Source: Vulcanimicrobiota bacterium (GTDB lineage: Bacteria > Vulcanimicrobiota > Vulcanimicrobiia > Vulcanimicrobiales > Vulcanimicrobiaceae). Taken from it: 64,000 bases of DNA. The stretch covers positions 2,656,001-2,720,000 of the forward strand of contig CAVTCS010000003.1 in the NCBI GenBank assembly GCA_963733295.1, read 5' to 3'. Shown one piece after another: positions 19,287 to 30,505 of the stretch (positions within the stretch are counted from its first letter, which is position 1; each line of letters begins with the position of its first letter). A program made the translations under genes and the position numbers. Below the pieces are notes generated by a model. That model had not been told where the DNA came from, searched no databases, and worked only from the letters and a program-made list of their open reading frames with translations.

Positions 19287-20075
19287 GTGCGCCTCACGCT
19301 CGCACCACTGACGAACTTCGATATCGGCGGCGTCATTGCCGCACTCTTCGCGTTCGCGGCGTTTCGCCTGGGCGTGCTGAGCGGCGGCGGTGCGCTGGCC
19401 GCCTTCTTTATCGGTACCGCTACCTTCGGCGGGCTCGGAGTACCGGGCGCTTACGTGCTGCTCGCCTTCTTCATTCCTTCGGTCGTTTTCTCGCGCACCG
19501 GCCGCGAACAAAAGAAGCGCCTCAGCGCCATCGGCAAGAGCGGCCCGCGCGACGCCTCGCAGGTGCTGGCGAACGGCGGAGTCGCAGCACTCTGCGCGCT
19601 GGCCGCGCTCTATCTCGACGCGCGCTACGCCACCGCTTTCGCGGGAAGCGTAGCGGCCGCGACGGCCGACACGTGGGGCACCGAGATCGGTACGCTCGCG
19701 CGCGCTCGACCACGCTCGATCTTCACGCTACGCCCGATCGACCCGGGGCTCTCCGGCGGCATGACGCGCGCCGGCACGCTCGCCGAATTCGGCGGCGCAC
19801 TCTTCATCGCCGCGGTCGCCTGGAGCGTTGGTCTCCGCTCGTTCCTCCCGATCCTCGCCGGCGGCGTCGCGGGAGCCCTCGTCGACTCCCTCCTCGGCGG
19901 CTCGCTGCAATCCTTGCGCTGGTGTCCCAACTGCAAGCGCGCTTGCGAAGCCGAACCGCATTCCTGCGGCGCGAACACTACTCCGATTCGCGGCCTGAGC
20001 TGGTTCGGCAACGATACCGTCAACTTCGCCTGCACCCTCACCGGAGCGGCGGTCGCATTCGCCCTCGCGCGCTAG
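19287..20075 (+). CDS. DUF92/TMEM19 family membrane protein
   Basis: RDASQVLANG, AATADTWGTEIG, PGLSGG.T..GT, DSLLG, GNDTVN. Confidence 0.88.
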   Translation: MRLTLAPLTNFDIGGVIAALFAFAAFRLGVLSGGGALAAFFIGTATFGGLGVPGAYVLLAFFIPSVVFSRTGREQKKRLSAIGKSGPRDASQVLANGGVAALCALAALYLDARYATAFAGSVAAATADTWGTEIGTLARARPRSIFTLRPIDPGLSGGMTRAGTLAEFGGALFIAAVAWSVGLRSFLPILAGGVAGALVDSLLGGSLQSLRWCPNCKRACEAEPHSCGANTTPIRGLSWFGNDTVNFACTLTGAAVAFALAR

Positions 20076-20096
20076 CGTGCGCGTGGGGCGATGACG

Positions 20097-20360
20097 CTAA
20101 CGGACGGCAGGAGCCTTTCCGTAGGTCTTCTCGAGATAGGGAATGATGTCGTCGTCATCGTCGAGGACGACGCTGCCGTCTACGAGGACCGGAATTCCGG
20201 TTTGTCCGGAGACGTCATGAACCTCGCCGCGTTCGGAGTGGGCGCGCGGGACGTTGACGATCTTGTGGTCGAGCAGCAGATCGGTGAGCTTCGAGCGCAC
20301 GCGCGCGCAGTACGGACACCATTCGGCTTGGTAGAGGACGATTTCCGTGGGTCGCCCCAT
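20097..20360 (-). CDS. Glutaredoxin-like (GST-N) small protein
   Basis: WCPYC active site, SGQTGIPVLVD; AAGGA RBS. Confidence 0.85.
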   Translation of the reverse strand: MGRPTEIVLYQAEWCPYCARVRSKLTDLLLDHKIVNVPRAHSERGEVHDVSGQTGIPVLVDGSVVLDDDDDIIPYLEKTYGKAPAVR

Positions 20361-20475
20361 CAGGTTCCTTTCGCTGGGTCGAGTTCGGTTACGCTGACCA
20401 GAGTGTGCGCTCGAGGCGCGAAGGTTGCGCGCAGGCCCGCGTGGTAGGCAGCATTCCGTAGCGCTGAGGTCGCTT

Positions 20476-21231
20476 ATGCCTCGTCCGCAGAATAGCCGCC
20501 CTTCGATGCTTTCCGCGCTCGCATGCTCGAGCGGGTTGCACGCTATCGCGGCCGTGCTCTTCGGCTTCTTGCTCGCTCGGGTCTACGTGGCGGGCCTGCA
20601 GCCCCGCGAGACGATCGCGATCGCGGACGACAACGGGCGGCGCCCGGCGCTGATAGCGCTCGAACGCCGGCCTCGCCAAGCTCTGCCTTCACGCCGGGTG
20701 GTGCGGGCCGGCCCCGTGGCTCCGGTCGCGGTCGCCGTAATCCCCCACTTCGTCGCTCCCGTCTTGCCCCACCGTGCTGAGTGGCGGCACGAAGCTTCGG
20801 CCACGACGACGGTACCCGATCGCCAAGTCGGCCCGGCGCCGAAAGCGGTCGTGGCGGCGGCCGGCGTGGGAGCTCCCGCGGCACCGGAACTAGCCTCGCC
20901 GGCACCGGCCGTCGCGCAACGCGAGGACGTCCAACCCTCGCCGAGCGCGATGGCGACACAAGCGAGCGACTTGACCACCGGCGGTTGGGGTCAGAACTTC
21001 GCGAATCCGCTCTTGGCCGACGAGACCGCGCTCGACGACTTGCGCGCGAGGTATCGTGGAAGCGCGAGCGTGCAAGTCGACGAGACGGGCCACGCGGTGA
21101 AGGTGGTCATCAACGGCGGCCTGCCGCCGGACGCGCGGACGGAAATCGAGAAGCTGCTGATGAGTTTGCGCTACGTGCCGGCCGAATGCAACGGACTGCG
21201 CTGCAGCGGCACGTTGCAATTGGCGATCTGA
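20476..21231 (+). CDS. Membrane-anchored Pro/Ala-rich protein with a TonB-C-like C-terminal domain
   Basis: S.GLH TM anchor, Pro/Ala linker, VQVDETGHAVKV..YVPAECNGLRC; GAGG RBS before ATG 20476. Confidence 0.55.
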   Translation: MPRPQNSRPSMLSALACSSGLHAIAAVLFGFLLARVYVAGLQPRETIAIADDNGRRPALIALERRPRQALPSRRVVRAGPVAPVAVAVIPHFVAPVLPHRAEWRHEASATTTVPDRQVGPAPKAVVAAAGVGAPAAPELASPAPAVAQREDVQPSPSAMATQASDLTTGGWGQNFANPLLADETALDDLRARYRGSASVQVDETGHAVKVVINGGLPPDARTEIEKLLMSLRYVPAECNGLRCSGTLQLAI

Positions 21232-21242
21232 CTAGGGGCGTC

Positions 21243-22451
21243 TCAACCCGGCCAGATTCCGAGTGACGAGCCGACCCACGTCTTGTTCTTGTTGAAGTCG
21301 ACGCCCAGCAGATCGCCGCGACTCAGGCGGCACAGGTTCGTGGCCGGAGTCAGCTCGGCGGCGTCGTCGGGCCGCAAGAACATCACGCGCAGCTCGACCT
21401 TCACCGCGCCGCCGCCGGCCGCTTCGAACGCCGGCGCGTAAGCGATCTTCTCTTGCAGGCACCAGCCGGCGCGCTCGGCGGGGGCGATCGCCGCGACGTC
21501 GCCGGGAGTGGGATGCAGGTTGACGCCGCCACCGGCGAACGAGAACAGCGGCTTGAGCACATACGCCGTCGTCAGATCGAGAGGCAGCGCATCGACCTCG
21601 CTCAGGAACCGCGTGCGCGGCACCGCGGCGTGATCGAGAAAAGGCAACGAGTATTTCGACCACATCCAAAACCAGTTGGGATGCGGTGCCCATTCCACCT
21701 CGAGATCGCCTGCGAGTACGGAGAGCGCGCGCCCCGTCCGTTCGAGTTCGTCCGGGACGACCCGGTAGTAAATCCGTTCGACCCGAATCTCGCCCCCGCC
21801 GGGCCGGCTTCGGAACAAGCGCCGTCCGCGCCGCTTCAGCTGCTCCGGATCGAGCGCGTCGACGCCGAGCAACAGTTTGGTCGCGGCGAAGTCGACGTAC
21901 GTTTTCTGCGCGGGCGGATCGAGATCGAGCAACACGACGTTCTGCGGGTCGTGCTCGCCCACGACCGTCCGCGTCAAGAGGCGCACGAAAGCCTCGCGAT
22001 CTCCCCCGAACCAAGCCGACCACGGCCCCTCGCAGGCGGGGATGCGTTGCAGTTCGCGCTCCCACGCGTCGCGTTGCAGGGTCTCGAAAGCGAGCAAGGA
22101 TGGAAAGCCTTGCAGTTCGACGAGCTTCGGTTCGAAACGTCCGTCCGAGGCTCTCACGATCGCGAAATCGAGGCACGCGATGTTCGGAAGCGCGGCCGGT
22201 TGCGGCATCGCGTAGCGCTCCGGAACCGCGTCGCGCATTCGGGCGATGCAAGCAGGTTGCGAGAGCCGTGTCAGGATCTCGCGTGCCGCGCGTTCGCAGC
22301 GATCGCGCAGGTAAGTCGGAAAGAAGACCGGCGTTTCAGCGAGGCGGAAAGCGACCTCGCAGCCCAGGCTCCGTTCCAGGTCGGCGCGATAGCGCTCGTA
22401 ACGCGCGGGTTCGTAGGCGGCGTTAAACGCCGCGCGAAACTGCGGGTCCAC
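21243..22451 (-). CDS. Circularly permuted ATP-grasp ligase-like protein
   Basis: N-terminal DFAIV..KLVELQGFPS precedes VLKPLFSFAGGGV and LQEKIAY, the order seen in CP-ATP-grasp and glutathionylspermidine synthetase-like proteins. Confidence 0.75.
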   Translation of the reverse strand: MDPQFRAAFNAAYEPARYERYRADLERSLGCEVAFRLAETPVFFPTYLRDRCERAAREILTRLSQPACIARMRDAVPERYAMPQPAALPNIACLDFAIVRASDGRFEPKLVELQGFPSLLAFETLQRDAWERELQRIPACEGPWSAWFGGDREAFVRLLTRTVVGEHDPQNVVLLDLDPPAQKTYVDFAATKLLLGVDALDPEQLKRRGRRLFRSRPGGGEIRVERIYYRVVPDELERTGRALSVLAGDLEVEWAPHPNWFWMWSKYSLPFLDHAAVPRTRFLSEVDALPLDLTTAYVLKPLFSFAGGGVNLHPTPGDVAAIAPAERAGWCLQEKIAYAPAFEAAGGGAVKVELRVMFLRPDDAAELTPATNLCRLSRGDLLGVDFNKNKTWVGSSLGIWPG

Positions 22452-22455
22452 GAGA

Positions 22456-23427
22456 TTAGGCCGCGCGCACGATGGTTTCGAGCTGTCCGCGCACGAGATC
22501 GTCGAACGTGGCGCGGGCGACTCGCAAACGCGCGTCGCGCCGCTCGGTGCGCAGCGCCGGGAGCAGGCTCTTGCGAGCTTCGTACACTTCGGGCGTAATC
22601 GTGCCGTTGGCGAGCAGCCGCTCGAGCAGTTCGGCGATGCGCTCGGCGCTGCCGATTTCGGGATGGCTGTTATCGCCGAAGACGCGCGGGATGCGTCCGC
22701 TGCGGTCGCGCGCGACTTCGAGCATCGTCAGAACCTCGCCGCCGGCTTGCGTCGCGGATTCGAAGGCGATCGGCGTGACGCCGGCGGAGAAGGAAGCGCC
22801 GCTCGTGATGAGGTCGTAGTAGCGCGAGTCGAGGACCGTGACGACGTCGCTCGACAATTCGGCGGCGAGCTGCGCGAACCACGGATGCCCGAGCGCCTCG
22901 CGACTCAGCACGTTGGTCCCGACGCCGCCGCGAAAGCCGCCTTTCTCGGGACCGCGCAGCACCGGCGTCGCAACGCCCAGCCAGCGGCACAACAAACCGA
23001 AGGTGTGACAGACGCCGAACAGCGCCGAATCCTGATCGTTCGAGATCGCTTCGAACAAGCGCCAGAGCGGCGCTTCCCAAGCCGGATCTTCACGAATCCG
23101 TTCGGTGCCGTTCTCGTGAGTGTTGAGCCGCGGGTCGAGATGTCCGGGGCCGCCGGTGCCGAGATAGAGCCGGTGCCGGCCTTGGGCGTGATCGGGAACC
23201 ATCAGACGGTCGCGCACGGCGTACGACAGCACGCGCACGCGCTGCGGCGACGCGGCGTTTTCCAAGAGCTCGCCCGCGAGCTCGCGCACCGCGAACACGA
23301 TCGCGTCGTGTCCGACGTTCGGAAAACCGTGATTCATGTCGAGGACCGCTACCTCGATCGCCCGCGGATCGCGTGCGGGCATGTCGTCCGGCCGCTCGAT
23401 GCGGACGTACTCGAAAAACTCAGCCAA
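22456..23427 (-). CDS. Class I glutamine amidotransferase-like protein
   Basis: GTGGPG oxyanion strand, FGVCHTF nucleophile elbow, HPE; TTG start overlapping the upstream stop. Confidence 0.75.
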   Translation of the reverse strand: MAEFFEYVRIERPDDMPARDPRAIEVAVLDMNHGFPNVGHDAIVFAVRELAGELLENAASPQRVRVLSYAVRDRLMVPDHAQGRHRLYLGTGGPGHLDPRLNTHENGTERIREDPAWEAPLWRLFEAISNDQDSALFGVCHTFGLLCRWLGVATPVLRGPEKGGFRGGVGTNVLSREALGHPWFAQLAAELSSDVVTVLDSRYYDLITSGASFSAGVTPIAFESATQAGGEVLTMLEVARDRSGRIPRVFGDNSHPEIGSAERIAELLERLLANGTITPEVYEARKSLLPALRTERRDARLRVARATFDDLVRGQLETIVRAA

Positions 23428-24531
23428 CCGGGATTCCCGCCTCCGTCTCCTCGATCGTATACGCCACGACGGCCTGCAAGCTCTTGCTTTCCTCGTAGAC
23501 CGCAAGTTGGCGGTCGGCGCCGGTCCGGCGCCGCAAGATCTCGTGGACGTACAGAATCTCGTCGCGCACCCCAAGCTCCGATACGACGTCGTCCACGAAC
23601 TCGAGCAGCTCGATCAGCAGATGTTCGGTCGGTACTTCGATCTTCTTCCCCAAGTCGATGAGCTTGCCGTCGAGCCCGAATCTGGCCGCGCGCCACTTGT
23701 TTTCGTTGATGAGCGAGCGCCGGTAGAGACGCCAGCCGAGGTTCGCGTCGTAGAGCTTCCAGAGCTTGTACGTTACCGCCTGAAAAAACGCGGCCAGGCA
23801 GACCGCCTCGTCGACTCGCATTTGCGCGTCGCAGATGCGGTACTCGAGCGTGGGATAGTACGGATGCGCGCGCACGTCCCACCAGATTTTCTTGCCGTCG
23901 GCGATGCATCCGGTCGCGATCAGGGTGTTGACGAACTCTTCGTACGCACCCCACGAACCGAAATAGTCGGGAAGGCCGGTACGCGGGAAGCGTTCGAACA
24001 GTTTCGCACGGTAGCTCTTCCAGCCCGTATTGATCCCGGTCCAGAACGGCGAGTTCACCGAGAGCGCGAAGATGTGCGGCAAGAAGTAGCGCACTCCGTT
24101 CATGATCGCGATGCGCGCTTCGTCGTCCTCGACGCCCACGTGGACGTGCAAACCGAAGATGAGGTTCGCGCGAGCCACGAGCTGCAAGTCCTCGATCAGG
24201 CTGTCGTAGTGAGAGCTGCGCGTGATCGTGACGTTGCTCCAGTGCGTAAACGGATGCGTGCCGGCCGAAGCGATGCGCAGGCCGTGCTGACGCGCCAGAC
24301 CGATCATCTCGCCGCGCAAGCGCGTCAGCTCGCGCCGCACTTCCCCGATGTCGGCGCAGATCGGCGTTCCGATCTCGACGACCGGAGCGTGAAGTTCGCG
24401 CTTCATCTCTTCCTTGAGACGGGCTTGACCCTCGTCGAACATGCCGCCCGTGTTCGATTTCAGTTCGAGCGTCTCGGGATCGATGATCTGGAACTCTTCC
24501 TCGACTCCGAGCGTGAAGGAGGGCCTCGTTC

Positions 24532-24535
<4 letters not shown>
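23420..24535 (-). CDS. YbdK/GCS2 carboxylate-amine ligase
   Basis: FTLGVEEEFQIID, GTHPF, FGLHVHVG, NSPFW, WWDVR, TLEYRICD; TTGA overlap with the upstream gene. Confidence 0.93.
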
Positions 24536-25482
<947 letters not shown>

Positions 25483-25565
25483 CGTTTCCTCGGATGAAAA
25501 AAGATTTCGGCGGTGAGCCGCGGAGTTTCGCGGGAACTGCTCCGGAACCTATGCAACCACGCGCC

Positions 25566-26273
25566 ATGCAACGTTCGTACGAAGCGTGGGACTCGCATTG
25601 GCTCGGCCGCAAAATGGAGCTCTTGTGGTTCGGCTGGTCGGGCTATCCCGTCCTGGCCTTCCCGACCTCGATGGGCCGTTTCTTCCAGTACGAAGATATG
25701 GGCCTCGTCGCCGCGCTCGCGTCGAAGATCGAGGCCGGCTACTTGCAGCTGGTCTGCGTCGATTCGGTCGACAGCGAAAGCTGGTATGACGAGTCCATCG
25801 CGCCCGAGCTGCGCGCCGTCCGCCACGAGCAATACGACGCGTACCTGTCCCGGGAGCTCGCTCCGTACGTATTCCAGCGCTCGGATTTTTCGCAAGTGGG
25901 GACGTTCGGTTGCAGCTTCGGCGCCTACCACGCGGCAAATTTCGCGGGACGCCATCCCAGCCTCGTAAGCAAAGCCGTCTGTTTTTCCGGAGTCTACGAC
26001 GTCCACCGCTTCGTCGCCGGCTATTGGGACGACCGCGACTACTTCAACTCGCCCGCCGACTACATCGCGAACATGAACGGCGATTGGATCGCGCGTCTGC
26101 GGCAGGTCGAATGGGTCGTCGCGACCGGTGAGTACGATTCGCTGGTGGACGATAACCGGCGCTTCGCCGCGCTGCTTGCCGCGAAGGGACTGCCGGTGCA
26201 CGCCGAGATCTGGCCCGGAGTCTTCGGACACGATTGGCCGTTTTGGAACGAGGCCGTTCCGCGGCTGCTCTAG
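25566..26273 (+). CDS. Alpha/beta-hydrolase esterase (XynC/FrmB-like putative esterase)
   Basis: FPTSMGRFFQYE, nucleophile elbow GCSFG, catalytic His in GHDWPFW. Confidence 0.85.
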   Translation: MQRSYEAWDSHWLGRKMELLWFGWSGYPVLAFPTSMGRFFQYEDMGLVAALASKIEAGYLQLVCVDSVDSESWYDESIAPELRAVRHEQYDAYLSRELAPYVFQRSDFSQVGTFGCSFGAYHAANFAGRHPSLVSKAVCFSGVYDVHRFVAGYWDDRDYFNSPADYIANMNGDWIARLRQVEWVVATGEYDSLVDDNRRFAALLAAKGLPVHAEIWPGVFGHDWPFWNEAVPRLL

Positions 26274-27154
26274 AGGATCGTCTTGCCCAAGGCGGAGAGG
26301 ATCAGTTCGACGGCGAGCTCGGCCGTCCGATTCGAATCGTCGAGGATCGGATTTATCTCGGTCATCTCGAGCGAACAGAGAACCCCCGAGGCCGCGATCA
26401 TTTCCATCGCGAGGTGCGCTTCACGATAGGTGATTCCGCCGCGCACCGGCGTTCCGACGCCCGGAGCTTCGCTCGGGTCGATCCCGTCCATGTCGAACGA
26501 GACGTGCACCGAGCCTGGCCCGTCGCCGACGAGCGCGATCGATTCTTCCATAACGCGATCCATGCCGAACCGGTCGATCTCGCTCATCGACACGGCACGC
26601 ACGCCCAGCTCCTTGATACGCCGGCGTTCGCCCGCGTCGACGTCGCGCAAACCGAGCAGCACGGTTCGCTCGGGAACGATCGAGCGGTCCTCGAGCGCGA
26701 TCGAGACGGGCATCCCGTGAACGTTGCCCGAGGGCGAGGTCATCGCGGAGTTGATGTCGCCGTGCGCGTCGACCCAAATCAAGCCCGGCGCGCTCTTGCG
26801 CGCGCGCGCAACGCCGGCTAAGGTCCCGATCGCGATCGAGTGATCGCCCCCGAGTACGAGCGGAAAGCCTCCGGCGTGCATCGCTTCCTCGACCAAGTGC
26901 GCGAGCTCGTCGCAGACCGACAAGATGATCGGCAAGTACTTCGCGTTCCGGACGGCCTGAGCCGCGTGCGATTCGGGCACCGGAACCGGGAGGTTGCCAT
27001 GGTCGACGAGGTTGACGACCCCGAACTCCTCGAGCGCCTCGCGCAAGCGCGCGTACCGTATCGCCGAAGGCCCCATGTCGACGCCGCGCCGGTCGGCCCC
27101 GAGATCCATCGGTACGCCGATGACGTCGACCCGGACGGGAGGACCCGGCATCAT
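26270..27154 (-). CDS. rocF: Arginase
   Basis: [47 protein letters not shown]. Confidence 0.93.
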   Translation of the reverse strand: MMPGPPVRVDVIGVPMDLGADRRGVDMGPSAIRYARLREALEEFGVVNLVDHGNLPVPVPESHAAQAVRNAKYLPIILSVCDELAHLVEEAMHAGGFPLVLGGDHSIAIGTLAGVARARKSAPGLIWVDAHGDINSAMTSPSGNVHGMPVSIALEDRSIVPERTVLLGLRDVDAGERRRIKELGVRAVSMSEIDRFGMDRVMEESIALVGDGPGSVHVSFDMDGIDPSEAPGVGTPVRGGITYREAHLAMEMIAASGVLCSLEMTEINPILDDSNRTAELAVELILSALGKTIL

Positions 27155-28341
27155 ACGCTCGCCCCTTGTGTTTTCTTCGCGGCAACCCGCTTGGGCGCGC
27201 CGGTCTGGGCGCCCTCCACGAGTCCGGTTCCGCTTTCGGGATACTCCGGCGCGAGATCTTGGACGAGCACGCGCAGCATCGCGACGATGGGAACGGCGAT
27301 GAACATTCCCGCGATTCCCAGCAGGTCGGCACCGATCAAGATGGCCACGATCACGGTCAGCGGCGAGAGCCCGACCGAGTCGCTGACGATCTTGGGTTGG
27401 ATGAGGTGACCCTCGGCCTGGAAGATCCCGACGATGAGAAGTGCCACGATGAGGGCGTGTTGCCATCCGTCCTGCAACGCGAAGAGAACCGAAGGCACGA
27501 ACGCGACGAGCGAACCGACGAACGGAATGATGTCGAAGAGCCCGGCCACGACTCCGATCAGCACCGCGTAACGCACGTGCATCAGCAGCAGGACGACCGT
27601 GATGGCGGCGCCGATCACGAGCCCGACGAGCATTTGGCCGCGGATGAACCCGCCCAGCACCCGGTCGAGATCGCGCAGGATCCGGCTCGTCTTCGGCCGC
27701 GCTCGCGGCGGCACCAGGCGCATGAATCCGTGGAGTAAGTCGGCCGCCTCGAGGATCAGGTAGATCGAGATGACGGGAATGACGACGACCGTCGCGATCA
27801 GCGCGAAGGTCGAGAGCACGAACAGCACCGCGCCGCCGGCCTGCGCGGTGGCGTAATGTTGCCCGGCCTTCAAAAGATCCGGAATCTCCGCGGTGAGGTA
27901 GGTGCGCACCGAATCCGGCAGCCGTTTGACGACCGGGTTTTCGGGGTCGGCCAGGAAGCTCTGAGCGCGCTGGACGTTCTGCGGCATCACGGCGAGGATC
28001 GATTGCGTGTCGTTGGCCAGCGCCGGCACGACGAACGAAAGCCCCAGCACGGCCACGACGGCGAGGCCGGCATAGACGAGCAGGATCGCCCAGACCGTGG
28101 ACATGCGCGCGCTCAATCGGCGGACCGCCGGATAGATCAAATAGGTGAAGAACACCGCACCGGTCAGGACGATCGCAACCGAGCGCACGCGCCCGATGAA
28201 GCCGAGCAGTCCATGCAGCGCGATCGCGGCCAGCACGATCAACGCGAGGAGCTTGAGCGCGACCGTGATGCGCCGCTCGGTCCGCGAACGAACCAGGACG
28301 CGACGGTTTTGCGGTGAGTTCACATCACTAAGGTAGGACAC
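27151..28341 (-). CDS. AI-2E (PerM/UPF0118) family transporter
   Basis: YLIYPAV, GGFIRGQ, IIPFVGS, EGHLIQPKI, GLSPL. Confidence 0.9.
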   Translation of the reverse strand: MSYLSDVNSPQNRRVLVRSRTERRITVALKLLALIVLAAIALHGLLGFIGRVRSVAIVLTGAVFFTYLIYPAVRRLSARMSTVWAILLVYAGLAVVAVLGLSFVVPALANDTQSILAVMPQNVQRAQSFLADPENPVVKRLPDSVRTYLTAEIPDLLKAGQHYATAQAGGAVLFVLSTFALIATVVVIPVISIYLILEAADLLHGFMRLVPPRARPKTSRILRDLDRVLGGFIRGQMLVGLVIGAAITVVLLLMHVRYAVLIGVVAGLFDIIPFVGSLVAFVPSVLFALQDGWQHALIVALLIVGIFQAEGHLIQPKIVSDSVGLSPLTVIVAILIGADLLGIAGMFIAVPIVAMLRVLVQDLAPEYPESGTGLVEGAQTGAPKRVAAKKTQGASV

Positions 28342-28478
28342 GGCTTCCCGCCGCGCCTGGTCGTCACACGTTCCCTCGCGTGCCCGGCCGCCAGGCGGAC
28401 GTTCGTCACGTTTCGCCCCGTTTGGCCGCGTAGATAAGAGGTTTGACGCCCGGCATCGCCTATACTAAGCGCAAGCTT

Positions 28479-29561
28479 ATGACGTTGCGGCGCGTCTGCC
28501 TTTGTGCGTTGGCCTGTTTCGCGCTACTCGCGCCTGTAGGAACGCGCGCGGCAACCCCGTCGGGACCGCTCTTCACACTGCAGCTGCAACTCGATCGCGC
28601 GGCACAGTCGGCGCCCGGCCGAGTCGGCATCGAGGTCGAGGATCTCGCCACCGGCGAGATGTCGGGCGTCAACGCTTCGGCGAGCCTGCCGGCCGCGTCG
28701 ACGATCAAGATTCCGGTCATGGTCGAAGTCTTTCGGCAGATGTCGCTCGGTTCGATCGATTTGAATACGCGGGTTCACCTCATGGCGAGCGATCGCGATT
28801 GGGGCTGGGGCGACATGGCCGACGCTACGCCGGGAACGTCGCGCAGCGTCGCGCAGCTGCTGCGCCTCATGATCGACGAGAGCGACAATACCGCCACCAA
28901 CATGCTGATCCGGCTCGTCGGCCGCGTTCACGTCAACCAGACGATGGCACGCCTCGGCCTGCGCAAAACGCGCCTGGGCGACTACATCCGCTCGGCAACC
29001 GACGACATCCGCTACGCGCTCCGCTCGAGCCCGCGCGACATGGTGAAACTGCTCGACGACATCGCCCGCGAGAAACTGATCGACCAGTGGTCGTCGCGCG
29101 AAATGCTGACGATCCTCGCGGGTCAAACGCACAACTCGCTGCTTCCCGCTCCGCTGCCGCCCGACGTCAGAATCGCACACAAGACGGGCTCGCTGCACGA
29201 CACGCTCGACGACGTCGGCATCGTGTACGGCGATGAAGAGCCGTACGTCATCGCGGTGATGACCACCCAACTGCCGGATTTGGAAGACGGCCGCCGCTTC
29301 ATCCACCACGTATCGCGCATCGCCTACGATGAGTTGACGAGTTTCGCCGTCTGGCGCACGCAGGCCGGCTTTCCGCCGTTTGCGTTCGCAGGACCGAACA
29401 AGCGCCTTTCACCCGATCAGCTGATGTGGCGCGTGCGCTCCTCGAGTGCGCTCGATCCGGATGCGGCCGAAGGCGAAACGGTTTTGCCGCCGGCCGGAAT
29501 GGCGCAGCCCGTGCCGCAGCCGCAGGCTACGATTCAACCTCTTCCCGAAGAGCCGCTCTAG
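28479..29561 (+). CDS. Secreted class A beta-lactamase-like serine hydrolase
   Basis: Signal peptide, ASTIK (SxxK), SDN, HKTG; Pro-rich tail. Confidence 0.88.
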   Translation: MTLRRVCLCALACFALLAPVGTRAATPSGPLFTLQLQLDRAAQSAPGRVGIEVEDLATGEMSGVNASASLPAASTIKIPVMVEVFRQMSLGSIDLNTRVHLMASDRDWGWGDMADATPGTSRSVAQLLRLMIDESDNTATNMLIRLVGRVHVNQTMARLGLRKTRLGDYIRSATDDIRYALRSSPRDMVKLLDDIAREKLIDQWSSREMLTILAGQTHNSLLPAPLPPDVRIAHKTGSLHDTLDDVGIVYGDEEPYVIAVMTTQLPDLEDGRRFIHHVSRIAYDELTSFAVWRTQAGFPPFAFAGPNKRLSPDQLMWRVRSSSALDPDAAEGETVLPPAGMAQPVPQPQATIQPLPEEPL

Positions 29562-30505
29562 GCCGCCGAAACGCGGCGCTCGGCGTAGGTCGGCGTCAGC
29601 CAGCTGCGATATTTGGGTTCGCGGCCGTAGGCGACGCGCTCGAAGAGATCGGCCAGGGCGCGCGTGACCGGTCCGATTTGGCCGTTGCCGATGCGGCGAT
29701 GATCGACCGAATTGACGAAAGCGATCATCGCCGCGCTGCCGGTGAGGAAAAGCTCCTCGGCGCCATACAGTTCGCTGCGGTCGACCGCGCGCTCGACGGT
29801 CCCGATGCCGAGCTCGTTTTTCGCGAGCGTCATCACGTTGCGGCGCGTAATTCCCTCGAGCACGTTCTGCGTCGCGTCCGGCGTGACCAGAACCCCGTGC
29901 TTGAACATGAACAGGTTCGAAGCCGACCCTTCCGCTACGTGGCCGTCGTGCGAGAGCAGCACCGCCTCGTCGAAGCCGTTCAGTTGAGCTTCGCTCTTGG
30001 CGAGCGCCGAGTTGACGTAGACGCCCGTTATCTTCGCGCGCGCCGGAGCCATCGTATCGTCGATGCGGCGCCACGAACTCACGCCGACCCGCAAGCCGGT
30101 CTCCGAGTCGTAGTACCGCTCGAAGGGGATGGCGACGATGGCGAAGGCGTCGGGGACTCCGGTCAAGCGAACGCCCACGTCTTCGGCCGACTTGTAAATG
30201 ATCGGACGGATGTAGATGTTGCGTTCGAAGCGGTTCCGCGCGCAGAGCTCGGTGGTCAGCGCGATGAGTTCGTCGACCGTGTGCGGCAACTCCATCATCA
30301 AGATGTGAGCCGAGCGATGCAGCCGCTCGTAGTGTTCCCGCAGCTGTAAGAGGTAGAGTTCGCGCTCCTCGGCGTTCCAATATCCGCGAATTCCCTCGAA
30401 GCAACCCGTGCCGTAATTGAGACCGTGTGTCAACAACCCGACGCGCGCCTCGTCGTAGCGGAGGAACTTGCCCTGGGCGAAAACGGTCGACTCTTCGATG
30501 CTCAT
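29558..30505 (-). CDS. ilvE: Branched-chain amino acid aminotransferase
   Basis: HGLNYGTGCFEGIR, AKITGVYVNS, EGSASNLF, LEGITR, FLTGSA. Confidence 0.93.
   Translation of the reverse strand: MSIEESTVFAQGKFLRYDEARVGLLTHGLNYGTGCFEGIRGYWNAEERELYLLQLREHYERLHRSAHILMMELPHTVDELIALTTELCARNRFERNIYIRPIIYKSAEDVGVRLTGVPDAFAIVAIPFERYYDSETGLRVGVSSWRRIDDTMAPARAKITGVYVNSALAKSEAQLNGFDEAVLLSHDGHVAEGSASNLFMFKHGVLVTPDATQNVLEGITRRNVMTLAKNELGIGTVERAVDRSELYGAEELFLTGSAAMIAFVNSVDHRRIGNGQIGPVTRALADLFERVAYGREPKYRSWLTPTYAERRVSAA

Noticed and set aside
28443..28466. TTGACG...TATACT promoter for the serine hydrolase
   Set aside because: The spacer is only 12 bp; the -10 may be real but the pair is not supportable
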